Source: Octopus vulgaris
Taxonomy: Eukaryota
Direction: 5' to 3'
Length of the DNA: 64,000 bases
Assembly: GCA_951406725.2 (NCBI GenBank)
Contig: OX597824.1
Span: 37,324,001 to 37,388,000, forward strand
Below the pieces are notes generated by a model. That model was not told the origin of the DNA. It worked only from the letters and a program-made list of their open reading frames with translations, and searched no databases. Shown in pieces: positions 39,852-52,182 of the stretch; position 1 is the stretch's first letter, and each line of letters starts with the position of its first letter. A program made the position numbers and the translations under genes.

Positions 39852-41579
39852 TTGTATGTGTTTCACTAGAAGTGGTTGTCACCCGTTCATCACTACTGGG
39901 CAGGTTTAAACTTGAAACATCAAGTAATTTGATCGTATGCATTTGATCATAAGTAATTTGATCGTATGCATAGGCATTCCACTTTCTGTCTACACTGAAG
40001 AAAAAACAATGGTCTATAGTGTATTTTCTGTAGGATAAAGGTATATCAGGAACTAAAATACATTGAAGACTTTCAGTGTAATAGAAAATAAAATGTTGCT
40101 AACAGATTGCTTGTGGAAACTGGTTGCACCTGTTCCATTGTAAGAAAGTGCTGAATGCTTGATCATGTCCTGTAATAAAAGCAATAATAAATATGCCTGT
40201 AACATAGTCTCTGCAGTTATTATTCTTTATGGCTTTTTATAGACTTTCTAACAATCTCAATAATGAGGGAGTCTTTATCTGATTACATGATCTGCTAGAT
40301 ATAGCAGTCGAATATATGATTGAAATGACACCATACTATCTTGAAATAGTATGCATTAACTGTAGTGTTGTGGTTGCTGCATATTGGAAAAGACAGGATT
40401 GTCATGGCTGGATTGCTTTTAATCGTAGATTTGCTCATTCAGTGTTGGTCCAGTCAGTGTTAACAACCATGATTGAATGTAAAAATACATCTGAGTTTTT
40501 CTACCCTTATTTCATTCAACTTTTGAGCAGACTACTCTGTTGAGTGTAATGCTTCTTTGTTCACATTGTTTTGAATTCATCATGCATCATCTCGTAGCTT
40601 CAAGATTTCGATGGTGTGATTGTTACTCTTAAATTGTCATTGTAACATACAGAAAGTGTGAGAAGTGAGATCTGGCCGAAATATTCTGCCTCTTTTATGT
40701 TCAGATTGGTCACATTCAATATCTCACACTTCTCCTATAATACCATTGTAAAAAAATAAACATTCACGTTATCAAAATCTTGAAGCCACAAGACAATGCA
40801 TGATTAATTCAAAACATTGTGAATAAAGAAGCAATACATTTGACAGAATAATCTGAATGCTAAAGGATTAAATATAAAGAAGAGTATTTGAGCTAGATAT
40901 GTCCGGTTGAATGCTAAAGGGTTAATGTAAATTTTAAAAACTTGGTTTTCCTAATAAATATTGACTCCTCTGTATTACTTAACTCTTGTTAGAAAGGTTT
41001 TTTTTCTTCTTTTTAATGAGTAATTCTAATTGATATCATCCTAGTTCATATTAGTTTGTATAAATCGTCAGTGTTAATTTTCATGGAATCAAACTTTTCT
41101 AATGTCTCCTGTGCCAGAACCAGTTCCAGTCAAGTTATTTTATAATCTCCAAGTCTTGCAACCAGATTACCAAACTCAGTGATGTAAACTTACTGTTTGT
41201 TCTTCTGTTTGGTATTGCTTAAATCCTCCACAAATGATGGATCTAATTTTTGGTAGAAATGTGGCGTTCCTTTTATTATTGTTGTGGCCAGGCTGCAGCA
41301 ACAAAGTCTTCCTACCACACTTCCCAGTCCATCATCACTGCCTTGAGGTCCAATTCCAATACAGTCTCCTTGGCATTTCCTTACTAGCATTAAGGAGACA
41401 ATTGGAGCTCATCTTTTCAGTTCTAGGCTGGTTGCTAATTCCCAGATGTGCATTTCTTTCCTTTTTAGTGGAGGTGGTGCAAGTAATTTTTTTTCTCTTT
41501 GTTTTAAGTAAGATTAATGTTTCTTTCATAAAATGTTATGATTTTTGAAAATTATTTGCCTTTTTTTTTTAAATTTCAG

Positions 41580-41715
41580 TCCTCCGGAGTTACTGTTGCA
41601 GATGAAGTTTTAGACGCTTTTCAAGAAATCAAATTGAAGCATAAACATAGATATGTCATATTCAGACTATCCGAAGATTTAAAAAGTATTGTTGTGGAGG
41701 AGCGAGCTGAAAAGG
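41580..41715 (+). CDS. ADF/cofilin (actin-depolymerizing factor), coding exon 2
   Basis: Acceptor tttttttaaatttcag|TCC. Translates SSGVTVADEVLDAFQEIKLKHKHRYVIFRLSEDLKSIVVEERAEK+G, the typical ADF N-terminus. Donor AAGG|gtaagt. Starts in phase 0 just after the missing ATG, an intron position known in ADF/cofilin genes. Confidence 0.95.
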
Positions 41716-42623
41716 GTAAGTATAGGTGAGGGTGAAAGTAAAGAGATTGAAAACAAAGGATAATATATTATTTATATTTGGGAATGAGGAACAAACAAGA
41801 CTTAGTGTTAAGAATATATAGAAAACAATTACTTTTCTGATTGAACATACATACACACTTTTGTTGGCACGTAAAACTACCATCCGTTCGTGTCCATTGC
41901 CAGCCTTGCCTGGCCCCCGTGCCGTTTGCACGTAAAAGCACCATCCGCTCGTGTCCGTTGCCAGCCTCGCCTGGCCCCGTGCCAGTAGCACGTAAAAGCA
42001 CCATCCGTTCGTGTCCGTTGCCAGCCTCGCCTGGCCCCCGTGCCGGTGGCACGTAAAACACCATCCGTTCGTGGCCGTTTGCCAGCTCTGTCTCGCACCT
42101 GTTCAGGCGGCACGTAAAAAGCACCCACTACACTCACGGAGTGGTTGGCATTAGGAAGGGCATCCAGCCGTAGAAACACTGCCAAATCACAGACCCCAGT
42201 TAAACCATCCAACCCATGCTAGCATGGAAAACGGAAGCTAAATGATGATGATGATCCCTTTGAGGTTGACAAAAGTCCCTGTCTAAAGTGTGTATTGACA
42301 GAATTGTTGGAGCATTCAATGATGAACAACCTTTTATCAATTTTTGAACCTTATTGGGATCTCATCAGAAGCGTCTACATCATTCTGACAATCTCCAGAG
42401 AAACAAGCAGCCATATAGTTTATATACATACATATGTATATGTATATACAGGAGTGGCTGTGTGGTAAGTAGCTTACTTACCAACCACATAGTTCGAGGT
42501 TCAGTCCCACTGCGTGGCACCTTGGGCAACTGTCTTCTAGTATAGCCTCGGGCCGACCAAAGCCTTGTGGGTGGATTTGGTAGATGGAAACCGAAAGAAG
42601 CCCATCATGTGTGTGTATGTATG

Positions 42624-42666
<43 letters not shown>

Positions 42667-43322
42667 CGACTGGCACCCATGCCAGTGGAGCACTAACTGC
42701 TCCATCCAAGCAGGATTACTGCCAGAGCAGCTGTCTGGCACATAAAGCACACCATTTGAGCGTGATTGTTGTCAGTGTCGCCTCACTGGCGCTTGTGCCT
42801 GTGGCACCTGAACAAAACATTCGAGCGAGGTTGTTGCCAGTGCTACTGGACTGACTCCTGTGCAGGTGGCACGTAAAAAACACCATTTTCGAGCGTGGCC
42901 ATTGCCAGGCTGGCCCTCGTGCCAGTGGCACTTTAATAGCACCCACTACACTCTCGGAGTGGTTGGCGTTAGGAAGGGCATCCAGCTATAGAAACTCTGC
43001 CAGATCAGATTGGAGCCTGTGCAGCCATCTGGTTCACCAGTCCTCAGTCAAATCGTCCAACCCATGCTAGCATGCAAAGTGGACGTTAAACGATGATGAT
43101 GATGATGTGTGTGTGTTTGTCCCCCCAACATCGCTTGACAACCGATGTTGATGTATTTACGTCCCTGTAACTTAGCAGTTCGGCAAAAGAGACCGATAGA
43201 ATAAGTACTAGGCTTACAAAGAATAATGGGGTCGATTTGCTTGACTAAAGGCGGTGCTCCAGCATGGCCGCAGTCAAATGTGTATATATATGTATGTGTG
43301 TGTGTGTGTATATATATATATA

Positions 43323-43354
<32 letters not shown>

Positions 43355-44129
43355 AATGTGTATATGTGGCTGTGTGATAAGTAGCTTGCTTCCCAACCAC
43401 ATGGTTCCGGGTTCAGTCTCACTGCGTGGCACCTTGGGCAAGTGTCTTCTACTATAGCCTATGTGTATATGAATATATGTGTGTGCATGTATGTTTATAT
43501 ATATATGTGTATGTATATGTTTGTGTGTATATATATATATATACGAGACAATGCAGTGGACGGTGCTGAGTTGTCAAACATTTAAACAAAGTTTTCTCAA
43601 AACAACTTGTCTGACCGTCCCATGGGCATCCCCTTTGAGAAACACTGATTTAACCTAAATTTGAGACACCAGCGAAAGAAGAAATAAAGATAGACTTTTT
43701 TTCTATTCCAAAGAAAAACGATTTTATTCACACAAATATGCAACTGAAGAGTTTAAGGTACCAGTAATGATAAGGCTGTTGACTGGGAGAACACAAACAC
43801 GGTTTAAACAGAAAGCTTGGCAGGAAAGAAACGTGCCTTTAAGCAGTACAAAAACAACAAAAAATGGAAGGTGCAGTTATGTACAGGTTGACAGAAGAAA
43901 AGCAGGACAAAAACGATGCATGCAAATGGGTTAGTTGGAGGTAAATCTAGATAGAAAAGCATGATGAATTTATGAAAACGTACCGGGGACAAAAATAAGT
44001 TTATCTGATAAAACATGTAGGAAATCAACTTGGGGCGATTTTTGATGAAAAACAACAACCTAGGGGACTAAGTGACTAATTTCGAGCTAGCTAACTTTAT
44101 GGGATGTTCACGGGCATGGAAAAGCTAGT

Positions 44130-44808
44130 GGAGCGCAGCCTTGTAAACCACATTCATTGTTACTGCGTCTGGAGCGTAGTAGAAAAGGTTTGTTGAACAG
44201 CCCACATACAGTTGTCCATGCAAAAAGCAGGGAGTGCTGACTTCCAACCCCACGACTTTCAACAACTGCCTCTGTGCTTTGTTGATGGTCATCACAAAGC
44301 TCAGGCGAATAGGGGATTGAACACGTTTCATCGGGTAAACACAGTCCGACAGAATTAATGGCATGCGGGAAATAAAAACAACATCCCCTGCTCCTTGACC
44401 CATGATAACTTTTGCCTTGAGAATGCCTGCGCAAACTGCACGTGCATTTTTTCGCTTACGCGTAGTATCGATCACAACAGCTGATGTACTTGCACTTTCC
44501 CACGGCTTTATTGATCGCATTCTCACCTGGAATTGATTTTTCTAATTTTTTAAAGACTTATACACACCCTGGTCGACTTTGCCTTTCATCCTTTCGGGGT
44601 CGATAAATTAAGTACCAGTTACGCACTGGGGTCGATGTGATCAACATAATACCTATGTCTGTCCTTGTTTGTCCCCTCTATGTTTAGCCTTTTGTGGGTA
44701 ATAAAGAAATAGGTATCTACATATCAAATTTGAGCGCAATTGGATGGAGGATGGCTGAGATCCTAGAAGACACACACACAGACAGACAACAGATTTTATA
44801 TAATAGAT
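44130..44808 (-). mobile_element. deleted Helitron with Pif1-like helicase C-terminal fragment
   Basis: QSPIRLSFVMTINKAQ..VGL...PCFLHGQLYVGCS matches the Helitron QFP.RL.FAMTINK.QG and FSHGQLYVA.SR motifs. Minus-strand 5' end atctattatataaaatc at about 44808; SINE nested at 44570-44712. Confidence 0.85.
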
Positions 44809-46175
44809 GTATTATATATCTGCTTGTCCTTCTTCATCATTTAATGTCCTTTTTCCATACTGGCATGGGTTGGAAGGTTTAACAGGAACCAATAAGCCAG
44901 AAGATTATATAGAACACCAGTGTCAGCTTTGCCGTGGTTTCTACACCCTGGATGCCTTTCTAGTGCACTTTACAGACTGTAATTGGTGGGTTTTTTTTTT
45001 CACAGCACCACCTAGTGAGTAACTTATCAAGTAACTTGCAACACAAGACCCTTCATCTATGTAAGGGGATTCCATTGAGAGAGGTAGCTTTGTGCTAATT
45101 GAATTGTACATGCATACATGTATGTGAATGTGTCATGAATGTTGAGTAATGACCGAAAGTGTACAATTGTGAATACAAGCAGTTGAAATAGGGCTCCTCT
45201 GAAGGATCTCTGGAGTAACATTGCTCAACAGGGTGTCTGCTTGAAGACGAAGTGGTCTCTCCACGTGAACTTTCCTTGACATCACAATTGAATATGTTGA
45301 GGGGTTTAATAAGTGTCATAAGTGCCACCCTGGCCATTTTTGAGGTTGGTATATTATTTTCTTTATCTCGATATCTAGAATCCCAAAAAGTTGGAAGAAC
45401 CAGTGTGGCTTGGACCAGAGAGTTTAGTAATACACCATCGTAAGCACACACACTCAATAAGTATTTCTGCGGTCCCTGTATCATTTTTGAAGTGTTATGG
45501 CTCATTTTCTAATATTTCTTGTTACCTTCATAACGATAATGGGTTATTATTTTACTATCTTGTCTTACTTCTTAAAGATACTTACCTTGGTATATAGAAA
45601 CACAAACTATACCTTTGGTGGGGGTCTCTGTATGTTTTTTTTTTTTTAGGTATTATGGCTAAAATATGCAATGCGATACACCGTTTCATAGCACCAGTAT
45701 ATTCTACAAAATAAGAAAGGCGCAGTCATTGTTTCATCCTTCTGATGCATACATAAAATAAATAATTTTATGGCGGTGGGATGATTAGAGGAGGTCTTCA
45801 CGGTCATTTTACGACCAAAATCAGCTTTCTAACTTCATTCCTTGCCAAGATATCGCATTCTGAAAGTTGCACAACTTTGTGTTTTTCTCGGTTTTATGTT
45901 GTGAAGCTTATGACAATCTGTTACTAAACACCTCAATTTTAAAATATTAATGTAAAATGTTAAGATAACAGTCTTGTATTTGCTGATACTGTTTTTTTTT
46001 TTTTTTGTTTTTTTTTGACAAAATTTACTATTTTAGAAAGTACCCCCATCGATATTTTCTTGTGGTCTTGATTATGTTGATTTGGTAGAATGGTGTGTTT
46101 TATTATTTTTACAGATGTTTATTTAAAAAAAAATAACTGTTTTATGACGTTAGGGTAAATTTAATGAACAAACAT

Positions 46176-46250
46176 TGCTACCATGTTGATGATTAGATCT
46201 TCCGAATCAGATGTTTTCTGATGTAAACTTTAATATGAAACATTGTAGCA
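46176..46250 (+). ncRNA. candidate intronic C/D-box snoRNA-like RNA, copy 1 of 3
   Basis: Terminal stem tgctaccatgtt/aacattgtagca. C-like TGATGA at 46187-46192, D'-like CAGA at 46208, C'-like cTGATGT, D-like ATGA at 46235-46238. Core conserved in three copies, sense to the host intron. Confidence 0.5.
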
Positions 46251-46368
46251 TTGATGAATAAATTTCATTAATTCTAAGTTTTAAGATTTTGAATAGAAAT
46301 AAAATATATTTTATAAAAGATGATGCTTTCATAACTGGTATATGTATTTCATTAGTATTATTATTATC

Positions 46369-47241
46369 TTCATCATTGTCGTTGACTATGTGCTACGTAT
46401 GTCAGTTGATACCATTTCTGGCAAGAGCTTTGAAATAAAACCTAGAAGAAGTTCCAGACACCCAGCTGAATACTTAACAGACACTGACTTTGCTGACGAC
46501 ATCGCTCTTATCAGTGATTCTCTCTCTAATGCCCAGTCTCTTTTACAATCTCTCGAACAAGCCTCAAATTGTGTAGGTCTTTACCTCAATGAGGGCAAGA
46601 CTGAATATGTAAACAAGTGCCTGTCCAACAGTGATTGCATCATCCATACTCTCAACAATACGCCCTTAAATATGGTTTCTGATTACAAATATCTTGGGTC
46701 ATCATCTGGAAAAGATTTTCTAACTATAAAGGGTATGGCCTGGTCAGCCTGTAATGATATGCTTAAGATCTGGTCATCAAATCTAAGTAGAGACTTAAAC
46801 TTAAAATCTTTAAAGCCACAGTCGAACTAATTCTACTATATGGCTCAGAAACCTGGACGTTATCAAAGAAGCTTGAGAGGCGGCTGGATGGAACCTACAC
46901 TCGCCTCCTTATGAGAGCTCAAAATCTCTCGTGGAAGCACCATCCAACCAAAATGCAAATATATGGGAAACTACCACCTGTGTCATCTTTTGTGAAAGGT
47001 AGGAGAGTCCAGTTTGCTGGACATTGTTGTAGAGCTGAAAACGAGGCAATTTCTACTCTCCTCTGGAAGCCATCTACTCACGATACCAGAGGGTGCACAC
47101 TCTCCTACCCTGATGTAATCTCCAGGGATACCGGCATCCAGCAACAGGACCTCCGTAATGCTATGATGGACTGTGCAGTCTGGCGTAGCATGGTAAATTC
47201 CATTGTCTCGACCACGGTCGATCAGTGATGATGATGATGAT
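46369..47241 (+). mobile_element. 5'-truncated RTE/RTEX-like LINE with (GAT)n tail and TSD
   Basis: LTDTDFADDIAL, GLYLNEGKTE, YKYLGS and LLYGSETW motifs. The ORF stop runs into tgatgatgatgatga. TSD tattattattatc at 46356-46368 and 47242-47254. Confidence 0.9.
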
Positions 47242-47399
47242 TATTATTATTATCAGAATATAATTTTGTGCATTATATAAACCGTATTGTGAAGTAAATA
47301 TGTATATATCTATATATATATATATAATGTATACACACACACACACGGTGTATATAGTAATATCTGCAAAAAATTCTTGACATCGGGATAAAATTCTTA

Positions 47400-47885
47400 A
47401 TAGAACTGTGCTTGAGAGAGCTATTATGCTAAGCATGTATGCTTTCCTGAGCAAATTCTTACTATGGTGAAGGGAGCATGTAGTACATATGCCCAGCTCC
47501 AGGCTCACTAAACATCTCCTGTGGTCGACTAGCAATTGTCTCGTGGTCAAGTGGTGGACCAAACAGGATATGTAAAGACCCTCTCAAGACCACCTTGAAA
47601 AAGTGTAACATAGAGCTGCCTACTTGGGAGCATCTTGTTTGGGATTGCTCCCTGTGGTGTAGTACTGTGTACTCTGGTGTACAGCACTTTAAATCTGATG
47701 CGACCAGAGAAACTAAAGAGAGGAGGGCTGCAGGGAAAGCAAATCTCACTGGGTCCTGTCTCTGCTATTATGTGTTCCTATTGTAATTGCAGATTCCATG
47801 CCTAAATTGGCCTAATAAGCTACCACAAAACTAACATAGTGTAAAGCTGATAATCTGGTCATCTTCAGAGACATGAAGGACAAAG
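47400..47885 (+). mobile_element. RTE-type LINE 3' fragment
   Basis: Degenerate LRW.GHV..M...RL.K.LL and GGP...KD.LK..LKK motifs followed by a terminal Cys/His region. Confidence 0.6.
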
Positions 47886-48769
47886 CTAATGATCTGTGTG
47901 TATATTATATATGTGTTTGTGTGGTGTGTGTGTATGTATATGATATATATGTATGTATATAGGTGCAGCAGTGGCTGTGTGGTAAGTAGCTTGCTTACCA
48001 ACCACATGGTTCCGGGTTTAGTCCTACTGTGTGGCACCTTGGGCAAGTGTCTTCTACTGTAGCCTCGGGCCGACCAAAGCCTTGTGAGTGGATTTGGTAG
48101 GTGGAAACTGAAAGAAGCCCTTCGTATATACATATATATATATGTGTGTGTGTTTGTGTGTCTGTATTTGCCCCACCCCCACATTGCTTGATTCCCGGTG
48201 CTGGTGTGTTTACATCCCCATAACTTAGTGCTTTGGCAAAAGAGACCGATAGAATAAGTACTAGGCTTACAAAGAACAAGTCCTGGGGTTGATTTGCTCA
48301 ACTAAAAGGCAGTTCTCCAGCATGGCCGCAGTCAAATGACTGAAACAAGTAAAAGAATAAATATCTATATAAAACAACGGATGTCTGTGTATGTTACATG
48401 TATACATTTCCAGAGTTTTCAACCAATTTTCTCCAAACTTTACACACACACACGCACACATTACTTATGTGCTAAGGATAATCACGCACTATAACTTTTT
48501 TGCCCAGAGCTCCCGGATAAAGTAAGAAATCAGGAAAAAAAAGGTGTTTTACACAGGTTTTTCTCTAACAACTGCAGTTTTCAACTGAATCTCTCCTTCT
48601 CGTTCTCTGTTTCTCTTGCTTACATATATTCTCTCTCGCCCTCTGTAATAGTTCCTCTCTTTCCTTCCTTTCTTTCTTTCTCCCTCCCTCTTTCTTTCCT
48701 TCCTTCTGAGTTGAAACAATTCAGCAATAGCATTACGGGAAGAACAAACAGTAGGAAGGAACTAGACTA

Positions 48770-50583
48770 GTTTCAAGTGGGTATAGAATGATGAGAAGCA
48801 GGATGAATTCCAACATTTCCTTTATTGCTCTTATAGAATTAACCTCCCCCTCCGTCTCCTCCACATCACCTGTTTCCTGCAAAACCTCCATGTGCTGCTG
48901 CATCTGTAACTCCTTTAGCTCTTCTGTTGTCAGTTCCTTGGAGTGGTCCTCAATGAGCTTATTGATGTCACCTTCATCCACGTCCAGGCCCATGGACTTG
49001 CCAAGAGATACAATCTCCTCCACCACTGCCGCTTCAGGTTCGAGTCTTTCAAACTCTGTTTCAGACTCAACTTCAGTCCACAGCTTCTTCCACGCAGAGG
49101 TGAAGGTCGTCTTTGTAACACCCTGTCAGGCCATGTCGATAATTCTGAGACATATCTTGATGTCATAGTGGTTCTTCCAGAACTTTCGAAAGGTGAGGTC
49201 TTTGCTCTCTGTCACCTCAAAGCAGCAACAGAAGAGGTGCTTAGTGAAGAGCTTCTTGAAATTAGAAATCTCCTGCTGATCCATGGACTGCAATAGGGGT
49301 GGTGTTGAGTGGAAGGTAGAGAACCTTTATAAACTCGAACTCTTTGAGGCTAGGTGGGTGAGTAGGTCCATTGTCCAGGATGAGAAGGGCTTGCATTGAT
49401 AGGTTATTTTCCTGGAGATATTTCCTAAAGTCAGGACCAAAGACCAAATTCACCCACTCCACACCCTTGGTCTTGCCTTCCACATAACCGGCAGTTTTCC
49501 TTTGAGAATCTTCTGTGACTTAAAGGCTCTGGTGTTTTCCAAATGCTAAACTAGCAGCAGCTTAATATTGCATTGGTGCACAGTGGGAGTGTTTGCCTAT
49601 CTTTCATGGGTTTGTGGTCTGGCATTCTCTTCTCCTCTGCTGTTGTATATGTCCTCTTTGACATCTTCTTCCGAAAAAGACCTGTCTCATCACATTTGAA
49701 AATTTGCTGGGGGATGTATCCTTCGGCTGCTATAATTCTGGCAAAGGTTTAGAGGTAATCTTCAGTTGCCTTCATATCTACCCTCACTACCTCACCATGC
49801 CAGTCCTGTTATTAAAATTCTCGAACCAACACCAACTGGCTTTTAAACAGCTTGCCTGATGCCTCGTCCAGACAAGTGTCTGGGGTCTGATGCAGCAAAT
49901 CAGCATAAATAGCTTGTGCATTCTCACAGATTATAGCCTCTGTCATGGTATCCCCTGCAAGCTGCTTCTCGCAGCTTCTCCATATTTTCATGGATAGATG
50001 TTTGCTCTTTAGAAATTGTTTTAACACCCTTGGCTGACATTATAGCCTTTATTGACTCCTGCTTTAGTATGGTGCAGATCGAAGTGCTACGCTTGTACTG
50101 CTTTGCCATGTTGACTACCCGCACTCATTGGTCATGTTTTCTGATAATTCCATTCAATGCACATCATCCACTTCTTCTTCTCACCACTGTCTTTTGCACT
50201 CACTTTCTTTGGACCCATGGTTGGAAAAACAAAGTTTTGTAAAATAACTGCAAGCACAACACATGCGTCTGTAGCCTACAACGACCAAGTAAGCATTTTA
50301 CCACCTGTCTAACTAGTGTGCATGTCTGTCTAGCTATCATCTATTAATGATCTTGGCACTTGCTAACATGCATGTCTGTCTAGCTATCAACTGAGACGCG
50401 AGATGCTGGACAGATATTACAGCATTCACTGTGGCGTTTGCTATGCCAACTAGTGGTGGAGTATCTGAAGCTGACTCGTAACCTGAATTTTAGCTTGCAA
50501 CTCGAAGCAAAAAATCAGCCAAGAGTCGGCTGTTATCTTGGAAAACTCGTTGGTTGGGACTCTCGTAAGTCAAGTTACCACTG
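48770..50583 (-). mobile_element. degenerate Tigger/pogo DNA transposon
   Basis: CENP-B HTH-like (STSICTILKQ, GDTMTEAIICE.A) and DDE_1-like (LLILDNGPTHP, VLYLPLNTT, MDQQ.ISNFKK) remnants; TA|cagtggtaacttgacttacgag terminus at 50583. Confidence 0.85.
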
Positions 50584-50797
50584 TATGTATGTGTATATAC
50601 TCTTTACTCTCTTTTACTTGTTTCAGTCATTTGACTGTGGCCATGCTGAAGCACCACATTTATTCGAGCAAATCGACCCCAGGACTTATTCTTTGCAAGC
50701 CTAGTGCTTATTCTATCAGTCTCTTTTGCCAAACCGCTAGTAAACACACCAGCATCGGTTGTCAAGCGATGTTGGGAGGACAAACACAGACACACAA

Positions 50798-50845
<48 letters not shown>

Positions 50846-52107
50846 GACAGGCTTCTTTCAGTTTCCATCTACCAAATCCCTTCACAAGGCTTTGGTTGGC
50901 CTGAGGCTATAGTAGAAGACACTTGCCCAAGGTGCCATGCAGTGGGACTGAACCCGGGACCATGTGGCTCGTAAGCAAGCTACTTACCACACAGCCACTC
51001 CTACGTCTATATATATGGCTCTACATACTACCAGGTTCAGTCTTGGGGAATGTAGAACCATCTGTTATTCATTATTGTTCCTGGGTCTACTGTGACTTGG
51101 AGTAGTAGCACCTGTCAGGGTCCTAACTTGGGTTAATTAGTATGCCATGGAAGAAAGTCCAAGCACAAATCCTCACTATCTCACGAGTACTGTAGGAAAG
51201 GAAAAAGTTAAGGGTGACAATCTTTACATAAAACAAAGGATTGGAGTCCCTCAGGCAGTCCATTGCCCACTTTTGCACCCTTCCAACAACTTCAGTGTTG
51301 GTAGATCCCTCCCACCATGTAAGTTTTCTGTAGGAGAAGGCCACTCCAGTGTAAAACCTACAGCATGCTGGTCACTATCTTGGCCTGCTGAACCACTGTG
51401 GTCAGACGTCGAAGTCTGAAGAGTGGGATTGGATTACTTGGACTAACTTTCATTTTGAAACTACTAAGCACAGGCAGGATGAAAAGCCCAGGAGCAAATG
51501 CAAGGGGCTGAAACGGGGCTCCTTCAAAGGATCATTTGAGTAATACTACTTGACAGGGTGTGTAGCGCAGAGGTCATGGGTTCTCTCTAGGTCAGTTGGT
51601 TACTTCTCTGCATTGAGAGGTCCCAGCTTTGGTATTATGGACATGTGATTAAGATGTTGTATGAAAGAATCACCAGACAAATTTCTTCAAGCAAAGCCAG
51701 CTGACAGGAGACCTAGAGGTAGAAAAAGAATGAGACGATCAGATAATATCCATTGTCTCAGATGATCATGTTCAGGAATTCAGCTGGAAAGTAATCACGG
51801 TTGCTTCTGATAGGACACTATGGCAGGAGTGCCTGAGGCTTCTAGTCCCATGATACTCCTATGAATAGTAGATGGATGGACTTGTGTGTGTGTGTTCAGG
51901 TAAACCTTAATTTGTGTTGTTGTGAATGCATTAATTTAAGCAATCTATGCAATATATGAAAGATTAACAGCTGTTTTTAAGAACCTCCTGTATCTTTTAA
52001 CTAATGTACCTTTCATTTCTTTCTTTCTCTGTCTTCAATGAGGAAAATTTACTTTAACTAAAAAGTAGCTATTTTATACTGTTATGGTAAATTTAACGAA
52101 CAAATGT

Positions 52108-52182
52108 TGCTACGATGTTGATGATTAAATCTTCCGAATCAGATGTTTTCTGATGTAAACTTTAATATGAAACATTGTTGCA
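52108..52182 (+). ncRNA. candidate intronic C/D-box snoRNA-like RNA, copy 2 of 3
   Basis: Same core ttgatgattaaatcttccgaatcagatgttttctgatgtaaactttaatatgaaacattgt; terminal stem tgctacgatgtt/aacattgttgca. Confidence 0.5.

Noticed and set aside
41538-41729. 63-aa ORF as a stand-alone gene
   Set aside because: It is cofilin exon 2 read through its flanking intron sequence.
41866-42120. CRISPR-like array (also 32735-32998)
   Set aside because: The units are contiguous tandem repeats with no unique spacers, the context is eukaryotic and no cas genes are present.
46176-46250. SECIS element reading of the triplicated hairpin (AUGA...GA)
   Set aside because: Helix II does not pair in register after the quartet, the location is intronic, and the cofilin frame has no internal UGA.
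46140-46340. Triplicated unit as full-length mutually exclusive cofilin exon-3 copies
   Set aside because: No RYxVFD motif; the AG within the core leads to an immediate stop in the required phase; the frame is not conserved among copies.
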